A program made the translations under genes and the position numbers. 64,000 nt of DNA from an uncultured Methanosarcinaceae archaeon (GTDB lineage Archaea; Halobacteriota; Methanosarcinia; Methanosarcinales; Methanosarcinaceae): contig CAWJYV010000008.1 of assembly GCA_963847185.1 (NCBI GenBank), positions 768,001 through 832,000 on the forward strand, in the 5' to 3' direction. Under the pieces are notes generated by a model, which ran no database searches, had not been told where the DNA came from, and was given only the letters and a program-made list of their open reading frames with translations. Below are positions 10,076-20,060 of the stretch, in pieces (position 1 is the stretch's first letter; each line of letters opens with the position of its first letter).

Positions 10076-12503
10076 TCAGGCCCCCTTGCAAAGTCTCTTG
10101 AGGTTCGTGGGCTGTGAAGAGACATCGAACTTAATCTTCGAGCCGGAAATGATCTTCTTCTTCTTCCAGTCGATCTCCAATCCATGCTCGGCTTCGAGCT
10201 ATCTTCATGAGTGCTTCACGCTTGGAGAGCGGCAGGTCGGCTTCGTGCCTGACAAACTTCCACCAGTCTTCGGGCATAACACCAAGATACTTCTCGCTGA
10301 GCTCCATCCAGTGGGTCAGCTTTATGGCTCTTCCCATGTTGTTGTCGGACGGACGGATACAGTTCTTTGCCATCATTACACAGGCTTCCTGCCAGGTTTC
10401 GGCAGTGGTTATGAGGAACTCAGGAGCTGGTGGGATATCCAGTTCAGAACCGTTTCTGCTGTCGTAAACTTTCCATTTGCTCTCATCATAGGTCTTGGCT
10501 ATAAGGGCTCTCCTGTACTTTCCGCTGTGAGGTCCGAGCACTGCAGGAATACCAAACATGTTGCATCCGGTACCGATAGCTGCTGCCTTCTGGGAGTAAG
10601 CACCCCATGCAAGTCCTACTGCACCGATACGGTTGAGTGTATAGTCAGCAATCTCAGCGAGGTTGCCTGAAAGGTTTCTGCCTGCAAAGATTGCAGCGAC
10701 CTTGTGAGCCGTACCTGAAATGTGAGCGTTCGAGACACATGATCCGGTGTTAAGGATGTTACCTTTCTCGAATCTTCCCGGGAATCTCTCATAGAGAGTC
10801 TTGCCGTCAGCATCCTTGTACATACCAATGTCCATTGCAGAACATCCGGAAACAGCAACCAGGTAGTTCCTGTTAAGGAATTCTTCTGCAATGTTGTATA
10901 CGTCCTTGGAGCCTGCAGGATAGTTGGAACATCCGATAATTGCAATAACACCAGGGGTGGTACCCATAACCAGGTTCAGACCTTCTGCCCTGATCTCGGC
11001 ATCGCTTACCTGACCTCTTCCGGCTCTTACCAGACCCTTCTCTTCGGCAATAGCCTTCAGGGAAGCCTTCTCAATGAGGTTCAGGACTGGTATTTCCTTG
11101 TTACAGACCTGTTCACACCTGCGGCAGCCTATACAGAGGTCGTGCAGTTCTTCAAGAGCAGAATAATCTCCTTCCTTAGCAATTGCAATTGCTGCTGGAA
11201 TTTCCAGTTCTTCAGGGCATGCAAGTGCACATTCTCCACATTCTACACACTTGGAAACAAGAACTTTCATTTCTTCGTCTGTGGGGATGGCTGTAAGCCC
11301 TTCAGCTTCTCGGATCGGAGCCATTGCCATGGCGACCCTGGGCACAAGTTCTCCGAGTTTGTCGTAGTCCAGCATCACACAGCCAGGAATCTTGCCACTA
11401 ACCAGATCTTCCACGATTGCATCGACGTTGTCATTGGTCCTGTCTGGCAGGCCGTACATGATCTTTTCATTGGATGCGATCACCGGAATCTTAAGCTTCT
11501 TACCCTCTTCAACAAGGTCAGCTCTAACACACTGTTCATCAAGAACGATTACATCAGGAATTCCGGAGCGTACAACTTTCAGTTCTTTGGAAATGGTACC
11601 GACAATCTTTGCATAGGGGGCTTTCCTGTCTTCTCTCTTGTACCTGGTCATGTCAAACGCAGTACAGCAGAGACCTCCAATCTCCATTTTGTCAGTAAGG
11701 TTGTTCTCTTCCATATAGTCCATGATGTAAGTGACACCAGCAACATTGTGCCCAATTGCGATTATGACTGGCTTTGAGGCATCAAGTGTTCCCATGCCAA
11801 CTTCTACAAGAGGAACATCAGGATCAGATTTCGGGAAACCAAGTGCAGTAACCTGAGCAATATCGGAAACTTCCATACCTACATGGTCCAGAATTCCGGC
11901 AAGCATTGCCTTGTTGTCGTAGTCAATTGCTGCTCCTTCCTGTCCTGCGTGTATGGTTGCAAGCAACTGGCCCAGTTCTTCTTCGACATATTCCATTATG
12001 GGTTTGAGTTCACCAAGGGTCTTTGGCTGCCGACCTGTAACAAGTTGAATGTTGGGGGCAATTACATTTGAGGCACCCATGTTGATCGGCATGTCCTCTC
12101 CAAAGAGATTTATTATGTGATCAAGCAGGTGACGTCCATGGGCACTGTGGCAGGCACACCCGGTGATGCAGCGCAGGAAGAACTCTCTTGCAGTCTGACC
12201 TTTCATGTCAATACCGCAGGCACCTCTCTTGTTCCCTTCCAGGTTACACGGTCCAAAGGTACAGTAGCAGCACTGGTCACACATGGGGGTATAGACCGGC
12301 TCATAGCGGTCGAACAGTGTGAAACTCCAGTCCCTTAATGTAGCAATTGAGGGGAAGGGGGTAGGACCCATCGGGCCAAGTTCTTCTTTTTCTTTAGCAG
12401 CCCCTTTAGCAACCTCTTTTGCTGCTCCTACAATGTTATTGATAGTGATCTGAACGGATTCCAGATCTTCTATAGAAAAACTCCCGGTAGTTAGTTTGCT
12501 CAT
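10076..12503 (-). CDS. cdhA: ACDS complex alpha subunit (CO dehydrogenase); 1-nt insertion near 10201 shifts the C-terminus
   Basis: [17 protein letters not shown], two CxxCxxCxxxC ferredoxin motifs and GSCVSN. The corrected tail reads [34 protein letters not shown] precedes ATG at 12503. Confidence 0.96.
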
Positions 12504-12910
12504 TTGAGCTTTACCTCCTAAATTTGTTTGAAGATGATTTCGCAAGACGATCGAAATTTATAATATTCGGCGTATTCTTAATGATTATACATTATATATT
12601 TTGCCGTCTGTTTCAAATTTTCAACCGCTCTAATGCCATTTTTGGTAAAACGTTTATTTAACTACTTTTTCAAATAATCAAGCGTCATACCAACGTTTTT
12701 CCAAATAAAACCGTTTTATAGGGGGAACATTTCCCTTTAAAAGTCGTTTTTAGGGCTTTATTTCTCTTCCAAACCCATTTTTACGCCCTATGTCTCAAAA
12801 AAACTGTTTTTACCAACGATTGAGACCTTAATGTTGAGCAGAGGTCGCTACCGATGGATAATAAACACTAATTAAAAGTCTAAATGTACCAAATCTATAT
12901 AACATTTTCT
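12504..12910 (-). promoter_or_regulatory. cdh operon promoter (BRE/TATA) and ~370-nt 5' leader
   Basis: Minus strand AGAAAATG-TTATATA at 12910-12896 predicts a TSS near 12872. This matches the long regulatory leader known for Methanosarcina cdh operons. Confidence 0.7.
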
Positions 12911-13829
12911 AATTTGTAACACCCTATTTCGAGATTGGTTAAATGAGAGTGCTTAAAGTAAGTTTTTTTTAAAAGGTATTGTAGTTACCTGTAAACTGAT
13001 CTATTCACTTCTACAGATATCGTTTTTTTAATTACCCCTCTTATTTTTCCAGCGATCTCTGTTTTTGTATTATTAATTATTATTTTTAAATATTTTCATC
13101 TTACTCATTATAAGTTTAGATGAATTTTTTGTTACGTCTTGTTGTCCAAATTCTTAATTTTGAATTCTCTCCTTTCTCTCTTAAAAAAATATATTATTTA
13201 TTGATATACTTTATCTTTTATATTTCTTGCTTAAATTGATATATCAAAAATTATATATAGCTCTAAAACTTCTGAATCACTTTACAAAGTAAACGCTGTA
13301 AACTGCTTTCTTGTTTTTCTTCAGAAAAGATGTAAGTATCATTTTTTCGTTTGAATATTTATTCATATATTTTCCATTTTCTATATTGCTTATTGGAATT
13401 TAAAAAGAGTTTAGTCTTTATTTATCTAAGCAAAAAATAATTTTATCAAAGATTATATTCGTTAAATGCTTGTAGTTATTTAAACAAGGATTCTAATTAA
13501 GAAAATTACTTCACTTAAATTGGGCTTTTAGTAATGCGAAGTTAAATTTAATTTGACTTTGAATCAAGGTTGAATACTAATGGCCTATCTTAAAATTCTA
13601 TATCACAGCACATCTTTTGTAATGTGCATATCATCTTAGTCATTTCCTGAAGCGATATTCTGGAACTCAGGTAGTTTTGGAACTCAGTAGTTTTGCAATA
13701 TAATATGTAAGTACAACACAGGAATATAAAATACAGAATATGATATAGAGAATACGATACATGAATATAAAATAGAAAATATAATACATGAATATATATA
13801 GAGAATATAAATAGAGAGTTATTGAAAAC

Positions 13830-14495
13830 ATGTTTGACCTTAATATCACATCTTCCGTCAATGGAGACAGAACGAGTGGCAGGGCTAAAAATTTTATTTT
13901 CTCAAGTCCTTCCTTAACGATTATTGTCCTGTGCATACTTTCATTCATTCTGGAACAGGTTCCTATTATAGGGCCTCAATACATCAGTATTTTTCAGTTT
14001 GACCCAAATTCTCTCATACTGCGCCCATGGACACTTGTCACGTACATTTTCCTGCATACAGGTTTATGGCACCTTTTCTTCAATATGTTCGTTCTGTTCT
14101 TTTTTGGGCCTGCCCTTGAAAAAAGAATAGGGAATAAAATGTTTCTAGAAGTCTTTTTCACGGCAGGAGTTCTGTCGGCTTTAGGATTTGCTTTCTTAAG
14201 CAAGCCTATTTTCGATATTTCACCTGGTCTTATGGTTGGGGCAAGCGGAGCAATATACGGAGTATTTGCAGCTCTTACGGTGCTTGAGCCAGATCTTCTT
14301 GTTTATGTATACTTTGTTCCAATGAAACTGAAATATGCTCTTTTACTTTTTGCTCTCTTTGACTTTCTCATGGTTAACTTCCCGGATACGATAGCTCATA
14401 CAGCCCATCTTAGCGGGCTCTTTATCGGCCTCTATATGGGTTTACGCATAAAGAAGGCTCAGGAGAAATACATTAAAACATATGGCAGGTGGTGA
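13830..14495 (+). CDS. Rhomboid family intramembrane serine protease
   Basis: PWTLVTYIFLH..HLFFNM, GASGA catalytic Ser, AHLSG catalytic His. Confidence 0.93.
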   Translation: MFDLNITSSVNGDRTSGRAKNFIFSSPSLTIIVLCILSFILEQVPIIGPQYISIFQFDPNSLILRPWTLVTYIFLHTGLWHLFFNMFVLFFFGPALEKRIGNKMFLEVFFTAGVLSALGFAFLSKPIFDISPGLMVGASGAIYGVFAALTVLEPDLLVYVYFVPMKLKYALLLFALFDFLMVNFPDTIAHTAHLSGLFIGLYMGLRIKKAQEKYIKTYGRW

Positions 14496-14908
14496 GTCTG
14501 GAAGGGAATTTTCTTCTGGATACATATTATTATCCAAAACCTGCTCCAGGAGAAAAAATTCCAATTCAGGTCCTGAATTTCAGGAAATTGTTTGCAGCCT
14601 GGTCTCCGCAGCTGAAAAAGACCCTTTACTTTGAAAAAAGGCCAGAAAATGAAAGCTTGAAACGGGTGCGTGAGATCTCTTTAATTCAGGTATATGATTG
14701 GCTTGCAGGCAGGGAGGGGCTGATAGAACTCACTGACTTTGAGTTTGGACGATTTATGGAGATCTATGAGGCTTTCTTGCAAAAAATGGGGGAAATCCAG
14801 TATATTAGACAAAAGAAGGGGCGAAAGACTGAAAATATCTTTGAACTCAAGGAATCTGCTTATGTTATCCGGGAAGTTAAAAAAGGGCCCTTTTCCGATA
14901 AATTATAA
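14489..14908 (+). CDS. Hypothetical protein
   Basis: 139 aa ORF overlapping the rhomboid stop, with protein-like composition. Confidence 0.7.
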   Translation: MVSLEGNFLLDTYYYPKPAPGEKIPIQVLNFRKLFAAWSPQLKKTLYFEKRPENESLKRVREISLIQVYDWLAGREGLIELTDFEFGRFMEIYEAFLQKMGEIQYIRQKKGRKTENIFELKESAYVIREVKKGPFSDKL

Positions 14909-15054
14909 TTGTATAAATTATACATCGTATAATTATATGTCACTTTTTACCATAGATTTTATTCCTATTTGAGATTCTTCTGTCCTTTTCGTAGGACGAA
15001 TCGATGGGTTTTTCACCCCAACAAATTATATAAGGATCGGTTACAACCTGTAAT

Positions 15055-15272
15055 TGCCTTAATATGCAAATGTTTTACTACAGAAAAGCAGATATTAGAT
15101 ATTACCTAATTGCCATTCAAGTTGCGGCGTCAGGACTTAAAACTCACATATTGAAAACTGCAAACTCCGGAACTTCCGTCGTCGGAGTCTAAAGCTAATC
15201 TAGTACAGGCAAACTGAAAAGCAACTTCAATTGTCGCTTTCCTCCTTTGCTAATGATGCACGGCGGCGCATG
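15055..15272 (+). ncRNA. Candidate structured small RNA, possibly also encoding a 42-aa sORF (15064..15192)
   Basis: Lies between two TATA boxes (15026 and ~15275). Stems ACTCCG/CGGAGT and ATTCAAGTTGC/GCAACTTCAAT; CTTTCCTCCTTT anti-SD-like motif. Confidence 0.4.
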
Positions 15273-15345
15273 AATATATAAAAAGTAAATGAATAGTAAA
15301 ATTGAAGTTCAGATTCCGTGAGATGTAAGGTCGCAGAGGATATTA

Positions 15346-15963
15346 ATGATGAAACCTGTTAAAAGTGGAATTGACTCCATATCAAAATACCTCCGCTCAA
15401 AAAAAGAAGTAGGCAGGAGGAAAATAGGACTTCTAGTGGACGGTCCAAATATTCTCCGAAAGGAATTTGATGTAAATCTTGAAGAGATAAGAGACGTCCT
15501 GAAAGACTATGGGAATATCAAAATCGGGCGCGTTTTCCTTAACCAGTATGCCTCTGATAAGCTCGTTGAAGCTATTGAAAACCATGGGCTTGAGCCCATA
15601 ATATGTTCCAGCGATGTTGATGTGCGCCTCGCAGTAGAGGGCATGGAGCTGGTCTATAATCCTAATATCGACACTCTTGCAATTGTGACAAGAGACGCGG
15701 ACTTCAAACCTCTCCTGAATAAAGCAAATGAACACGGTAAAGAAACGATTATCTTTGGGGTAGAACCCGGTTTTTCCACAGCCCTCAAGAACTCTGCAGA
15801 CTATGTTATTCTAATGAAGAAAAATCAGATGAGTAGTTATGACGAATCCGATGAGGCTGCAGGGTCCGGTGGGGGAAAAATTGATCCCGCGAAAAAAATT
15901 GATGCAGCGGATTTTGAGGAATATCAGGACGATTTATATGAAAGATCTATGGAAAAGACCTGA
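15346..15963 (+). CDS. NYN-domain (PIN-like) protein, TIGR00288-like
   Basis: LLVDGPN, DVDVRLA and TRDADFKP NYN motifs; acidic tail. Confidence 0.9.
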   Translation: MMKPVKSGIDSISKYLRSKKEVGRRKIGLLVDGPNILRKEFDVNLEEIRDVLKDYGNIKIGRVFLNQYASDKLVEAIENHGLEPIICSSDVDVRLAVEGMELVYNPNIDTLAIVTRDADFKPLLNKANEHGKETIIFGVEPGFSTALKNSADYVILMKKNQMSSYDESDEAAGSGGGKIDPAKKIDAADFEEYQDDLYERSMEKT

Positions 15964-16010
15964 TTAATGTCGCTCCTTACGATATCCTCTTTAATCCTCA
16001 GTTTCCGTTT

Positions 16011-16988
16011 TTACGGATAATTTACATCTACGCCAAGGATGTCCTTTTTTCCGGCAAAGACGTCACGTGCTATCTCGGCACATCCTATTGCAGCGTGCCA
16101 TTTTCCGAGGCGCAGGCATTCCTGTCCCAGATGTGCACGGATTTTTGTATGAATATATTCTGTTTCCCCTACAGAGCCCGCAAGGAAAACTACTCCGTTT
16201 GTCCCGTAGTCCTTGAGAAGGATTTGCATTGAAGCTATTTCCATAGCCGCAAAGAGGGCGATAGTGTCCAGAGCCAGAAGGGCTGGTTCCTCTCCTTTTT
16301 TGGCTGCATTGAGTAATTCATCCCGGTCTTTGTAAGGAGTCATCTTCAGGGTTCCTGCCTCAATAAATGCCTGGTTTGCTGTCTGGAGTCCGTTGTCCAC
16401 ATCTCTGATAGCTTGCAGATCAAGGGGGCCATGGTGAATACCTGGAGCAAATATACAGGCATCAATTGCACCAATCACTTTTCCTGCGGCAACTGCAAGG
16501 GTAACAGTATTTGAACTTATATCGGAAACTACAAAGTCCTCATAGCCCAGGCACAGGATATGGTAAGCAATTCCAAGTTTTTCAGGGCTTGTAAGGTGAG
16601 AAAATACCTTCATCCTGGGATCCACTTTGCTCTTAATATGAAGGCCAGGAATTGCTATAGCATGAATTCCGGAGTTACGGATTGCATCAAAAACTCTTGT
16701 GCCGCCACCTGTCTTTTTTCCAGCTCCTTCAATACTCTGAAGCCCTCTTCCTTCAAGGGCTTTTACATTTTTTATTTCGGAAAAACCGTCACCCATGGAA
16801 TATGTCAGGGCTACGAGGTCAATATCTTCACGCTGGACCTCTAAATTCTTTTCAATGGAATCCACTATCTCATTTTCTGACATTGCAGCAGCTTCAGCTC
16901 TTTCAAGCTCAAAGGTCAGAACTTTCTTCCCTTCTATTAGAGCAAAACGCATTGCAGTTGTCCCGTGGTCAATTCCTATAAATGCCAA
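16011..16988 (-). CDS. Methanogenesis marker protein 12 (ASKHA fold)
   Basis: FIGIDHGTTAMRF, YSMGDG, SPEKLG and DISSNTVT motifs. Confidence 0.88.
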   Translation of the reverse strand: MAFIGIDHGTTAMRFALIEGKKVLTFELERAEAAAMSENEIVDSIEKNLEVQREDIDLVALTYSMGDGFSEIKNVKALEGRGLQSIEGAGKKTGGGTRVFDAIRNSGIHAIAIPGLHIKSKVDPRMKVFSHLTSPEKLGIAYHILCLGYEDFVVSDISSNTVTLAVAAGKVIGAIDACIFAPGIHHGPLDLQAIRDVDNGLQTANQAFIEAGTLKMTPYKDRDELLNAAKKGEEPALLALDTIALFAAMEIASMQILLKDYGTNGVVFLAGSVGETEYIHTKIRAHLGQECLRLGKWHAAIGCAEIARDVFAGKKDILGVDVNYP

Positions 16989-17011
16989 TTAGTAGTCTCT
17001 CCTGTAACGCC

Positions 17012-17374
17012 TCAGAGGGCAATTCTTAAGATTTCGTTCAATTCGCTCATGATTCTGTCTCCCTCTTCAGCGGTTCCAACTATTGTTACCAGCCTGATTT
17101 CCTGGAAACTTCTACCTTCAGAGATCAATAACCTTAAATTTCCTCTTGAATCAGCACGCAATACTTTTCCGGTTAGACTTCCGCCTGCAGTACCTTTTAC
17201 GGAAATTACGGATGGAATTATTTTTTTTATTTCAGGATGCTGGCTTACAAGTTTTACTATTCTTTTTCCAGCTCTTCCTCCGATGATTGTTGTATGAGCT
17301 CCGCCAAGTTTAATTTTTGAAGAATTTTGTATATTTTCCTGCAGGTTGTTTTTATCTTCTGTCATCATAGTCAA
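17012..17374 (-). CDS. DUF2103-like conserved protein
   Basis: KLGGAHTTIIGGRAG..IKKIIPSVI..QEIRLVT pattern. Confidence 0.75.
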   Translation of the reverse strand: MTMMTEDKNNLQENIQNSSKIKLGGAHTTIIGGRAGKRIVKLVSQHPEIKKIIPSVISVKGTAGGSLTGKVLRADSRGNLRLLISEGRSFQEIRLVTIVGTAEEGDRIMSELNEILRIAL

Positions 17375-17643
17375 ATCGACAACTTCTTTTCCGGATTTTT
17401 TTCGTTTTCTTATTTTTTTCTTTTTTATATTTATTATGTATATTTATATGTAATGAGAATCTCCGGAATGTTCTCAACTATAAAAACCTTTTCAGGTAAA
17501 AAGTAGCTTTTTGACATGATTTTGCCTTTAAACCGTTATAAAAAGAAGATGTTCCAGAAGTCAAAAATATATTTGACTTCTGATTATCCAGGAATTATTC
17601 TCTGTGGAAACTGCCTTTTCCGCAACTTCGTTTTTTCATTAAC

Positions 17644-18093
17644 TCAGATTTTTTCAAGTTCCTTCATACTTATGAGCTTGATCTTTTCTTCTTCGAGCGT
17701 TTTAACAGCTTTTTCAATCTCATTAACTCTTACTATTAAAAGTGCCTTCTGATCCCTGGTAACAAAGGCATATGCATAATCAAGGTTAATATTAGCTTTT
17801 CCAAAAACCTCTGCAATACGGGACATGCTGCCAGGAACATCTTCCATTTCTATTCCCAGAACGCTGGTTTCGGAAACAGTGAATCCTGCATTATGGAGTA
17901 CACTGTGTGCATAGTCAGATTTATCTACAACCATGCGGATTATCCCAAAGTCTCCAGATTCGGCAATTGTAAATGCTCTGATATTTATTCCCGCATTCTT
18001 CAATTTATCTGCTACGTTTGCAAGCCTTCCAGGTTTGTTTTCCGCAAAAAGGGAAATCTGTTTTATAACTTTGTCTTCCATTCCGGCACTCAT
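17644..18093 (-). CDS. Tandem ACT-domain protein
   Basis: QISLFAENKPGRLA..NIRA plus a second ACT repeat (EDVPGSM..NLDYAY); next to paaK. Confidence 0.9.
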   Translation of the reverse strand: MSAGMEDKVIKQISLFAENKPGRLANVADKLKNAGINIRAFTIAESGDFGIIRMVVDKSDYAHSVLHNAGFTVSETSVLGIEMEDVPGSMSRIAEVFGKANINLDYAYAFVTRDQKALLIVRVNEIEKAVKTLEEEKIKLISMKELEKI

Positions 18094-18229
18094 GTCCTTA
18101 CATCCCTTGTTCTTCTTTCTATTCTTTTTTACTTCCTGCTTTAACCTTTTACTAAGAATATAATAAGTTTCTATGTATATTTTAAGCTTACAGATTATAG
18201 CTTAACTTAGATCTGGCTTCCCTGAAGAT

Positions 18230-19543
18230 TCATAATTTCCGTTTGTCGATAACCTTTTTTGATTTTCCTTCCGAACGAGGCAGGGAACCATGTTCCACAA
18301 GTTCCACCTCGACTGCCAGATTCAATACGCTTTTTAATGCGCCTGAAATTTTCTTTTTGAGCGCCATCATATCTGACATGCGATCGCTGAAAGCAGACTC
18401 ATGCATTTCTATCTGGACTTTCATGGAGTCAAGAGGGCCTATCCTATCAACTATAATCATGAAATGATTCCCAACTTCAGGGATATTCATAAGGACCGAC
18501 TCGACCTGCCCTGGGAATACATTTATTCCACGCACGATTATCATATCATCCGAGCGTCCACTGATACGTGTAATCCTGGGATGGGTTCTTCCACACCTGC
18601 AGGGTTCAGAAAGCTTTCGGGTAAGGTCTTTCACTCTATAGCGAATAAGTGGAAGAGCTTCTTTAGTAAGAGTTGTGATCACAAGTTCGCCACTCTCTCC
18701 GTCACGAACAGGCTCCTCAGTTTCTGGATCCAGGATTTCTATTAAGAATTTGTCTGCCCAGACATGAATTCCTTCCTGTTCTGAACATTCGGTGAAGAGG
18801 GGACCGCTCATTTCTGAAGTCCCGTAAATATCGTAGGCTTTAATTCCGGATTCTGCTTCTATCCGCTTCTTGAGTTCCTCAGACCAGGGTTCTGCCCCGA
18901 AGAATCCCATCTCCAGACTTGTGTCGTCCCTGATACTGATACCCATTTTTCTTGCGGTTTCTATCATATACAGGAAGTAAGAAGGAGTGCAGGCTATAGC
19001 AGTTATACCAAGGTCTTTCATCAGTTCGAGCTGACGTTCGGTATTTCCGGAGCTTGTGGGAAGTACGGTTGCACCCAATTTTTCACTTCCATAGTGAGCA
19101 CCGAGCCCACCTGTAAAGAGCCCATAACCGTAGCTTACCTGAAGGATATCGTCTTTTCCCATGCCGACAGAAGTGAATCCGCGTGCAAGAGATTCAGCCC
19201 ATTCATCGATATCTTTCTGGGTGTATCCTACTACCGTTGGTTTGCCTGTTGTGCCTGAAGAGGCATGAAAACGAGCCAGCTGTGTATTCGGGACGCAAAA
19301 CATGCCTGTGGGATATGTATCTCTGAGATCCTGCTTAAATGTAAACGGTAATTTTCTGACATCTTCAAGAGTCTGGATGTCTTCCGGCTTAACCCCATGT
19401 TCGTCAAATCTCTTTCTATAAAAAGGAGATCTCTCATACACATAATGTGCGAGTTCTTTCAACTTTTCTTCCTGCAGCTTTTTTAAGTCCTCTACAGGCA
19501 TTGTCTCTATTTCAGGATCCCAGTATTCTGGCATTTTCGTCAC
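18230..19543 (-). CDS. paaK: Phenylacetate-CoA ligase family adenylate-forming enzyme
   Basis: HASSGTTGKPT, YGLFTGG, YGTSE, LIRYR and GRSDDM motifs. Confidence 0.9.
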   Translation of the reverse strand: MTKMPEYWDPEIETMPVEDLKKLQEEKLKELAHYVYERSPFYRKRFDEHGVKPEDIQTLEDVRKLPFTFKQDLRDTYPTGMFCVPNTQLARFHASSGTTGKPTVVGYTQKDIDEWAESLARGFTSVGMGKDDILQVSYGYGLFTGGLGAHYGSEKLGATVLPTSSGNTERQLELMKDLGITAIACTPSYFLYMIETARKMGISIRDDTSLEMGFFGAEPWSEELKKRIEAESGIKAYDIYGTSEMSGPLFTECSEQEGIHVWADKFLIEILDPETEEPVRDGESGELVITTLTKEALPLIRYRVKDLTRKLSEPCRCGRTHPRITRISGRSDDMIIVRGINVFPGQVESVLMNIPEVGNHFMIIVDRIGPLDSMKVQIEMHESAFSDRMSDMMALKKKISGALKSVLNLAVEVELVEHGSLPRSEGKSKKVIDKRKL

Positions 19544-19804
19544 ACTCTGTATGTATTATTGCGGGCTTTCGATCTCAGGTCCTGTATTTTCGTACCTGCT
19601 TTTTGTGCATATATTTCCCATTTCATGCCCCTAAGGTCATGTCAATTCTCAAAATATCTATTATTATATTCTGCTTTCTCACTTTGAAAGTTCTAATTTT
19701 CGGTAGATGTAGACTTCCGACAGATATAGTATGAAGATTAAGCTGGATTCTTATATAAAATAATAGCTGTTGAGTAAAAAAGAGGAATTTTAGATGCACA
19801 AGAG

Positions 19805-19861
19805 AATTGAATAATAATAAGATTTAATTGAATAATAATAAGAGTTAATTGAATAATAATA
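19805..19861. repeat. Three 21-bp tandem AT-rich repeats
   Basis: AATTGAATAATAATA recurs at 19805, 19826 and 19847. Confidence 0.85.
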
Positions 19862-20060
19862 TATGATCTTCTGTAAATTGAAATATTTATCTAAAAATTG
19901 TAATATTTATTTTAAAAACAAATGAAATAACCAGTGAAATTACTCAATAGCCATAGACTCTGGATAGGTAATCTCAGGATGGTCTGGCAATTTGAGTTTT
20001 AAAAAGTAGTTTAAAGCCTGAGATTCTGTGAGGTTTAAATACTTCACAATTTTTGAGAAC

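Noticed and set aside
9840-10205. Programmed frameshifting in cdhA/cdhB (also considered for aksF and aglB1)
   Set aside because: No slippery heptamers or stimulatory structures at the breaks; single indels scattered over unrelated genes fit sequencing error better
13667-13948. 93-aa hydrophobic minus-strand ORF
   Set aside because: Arises from low-complexity AT-rich DNA and overlaps the rhomboid gene antisense
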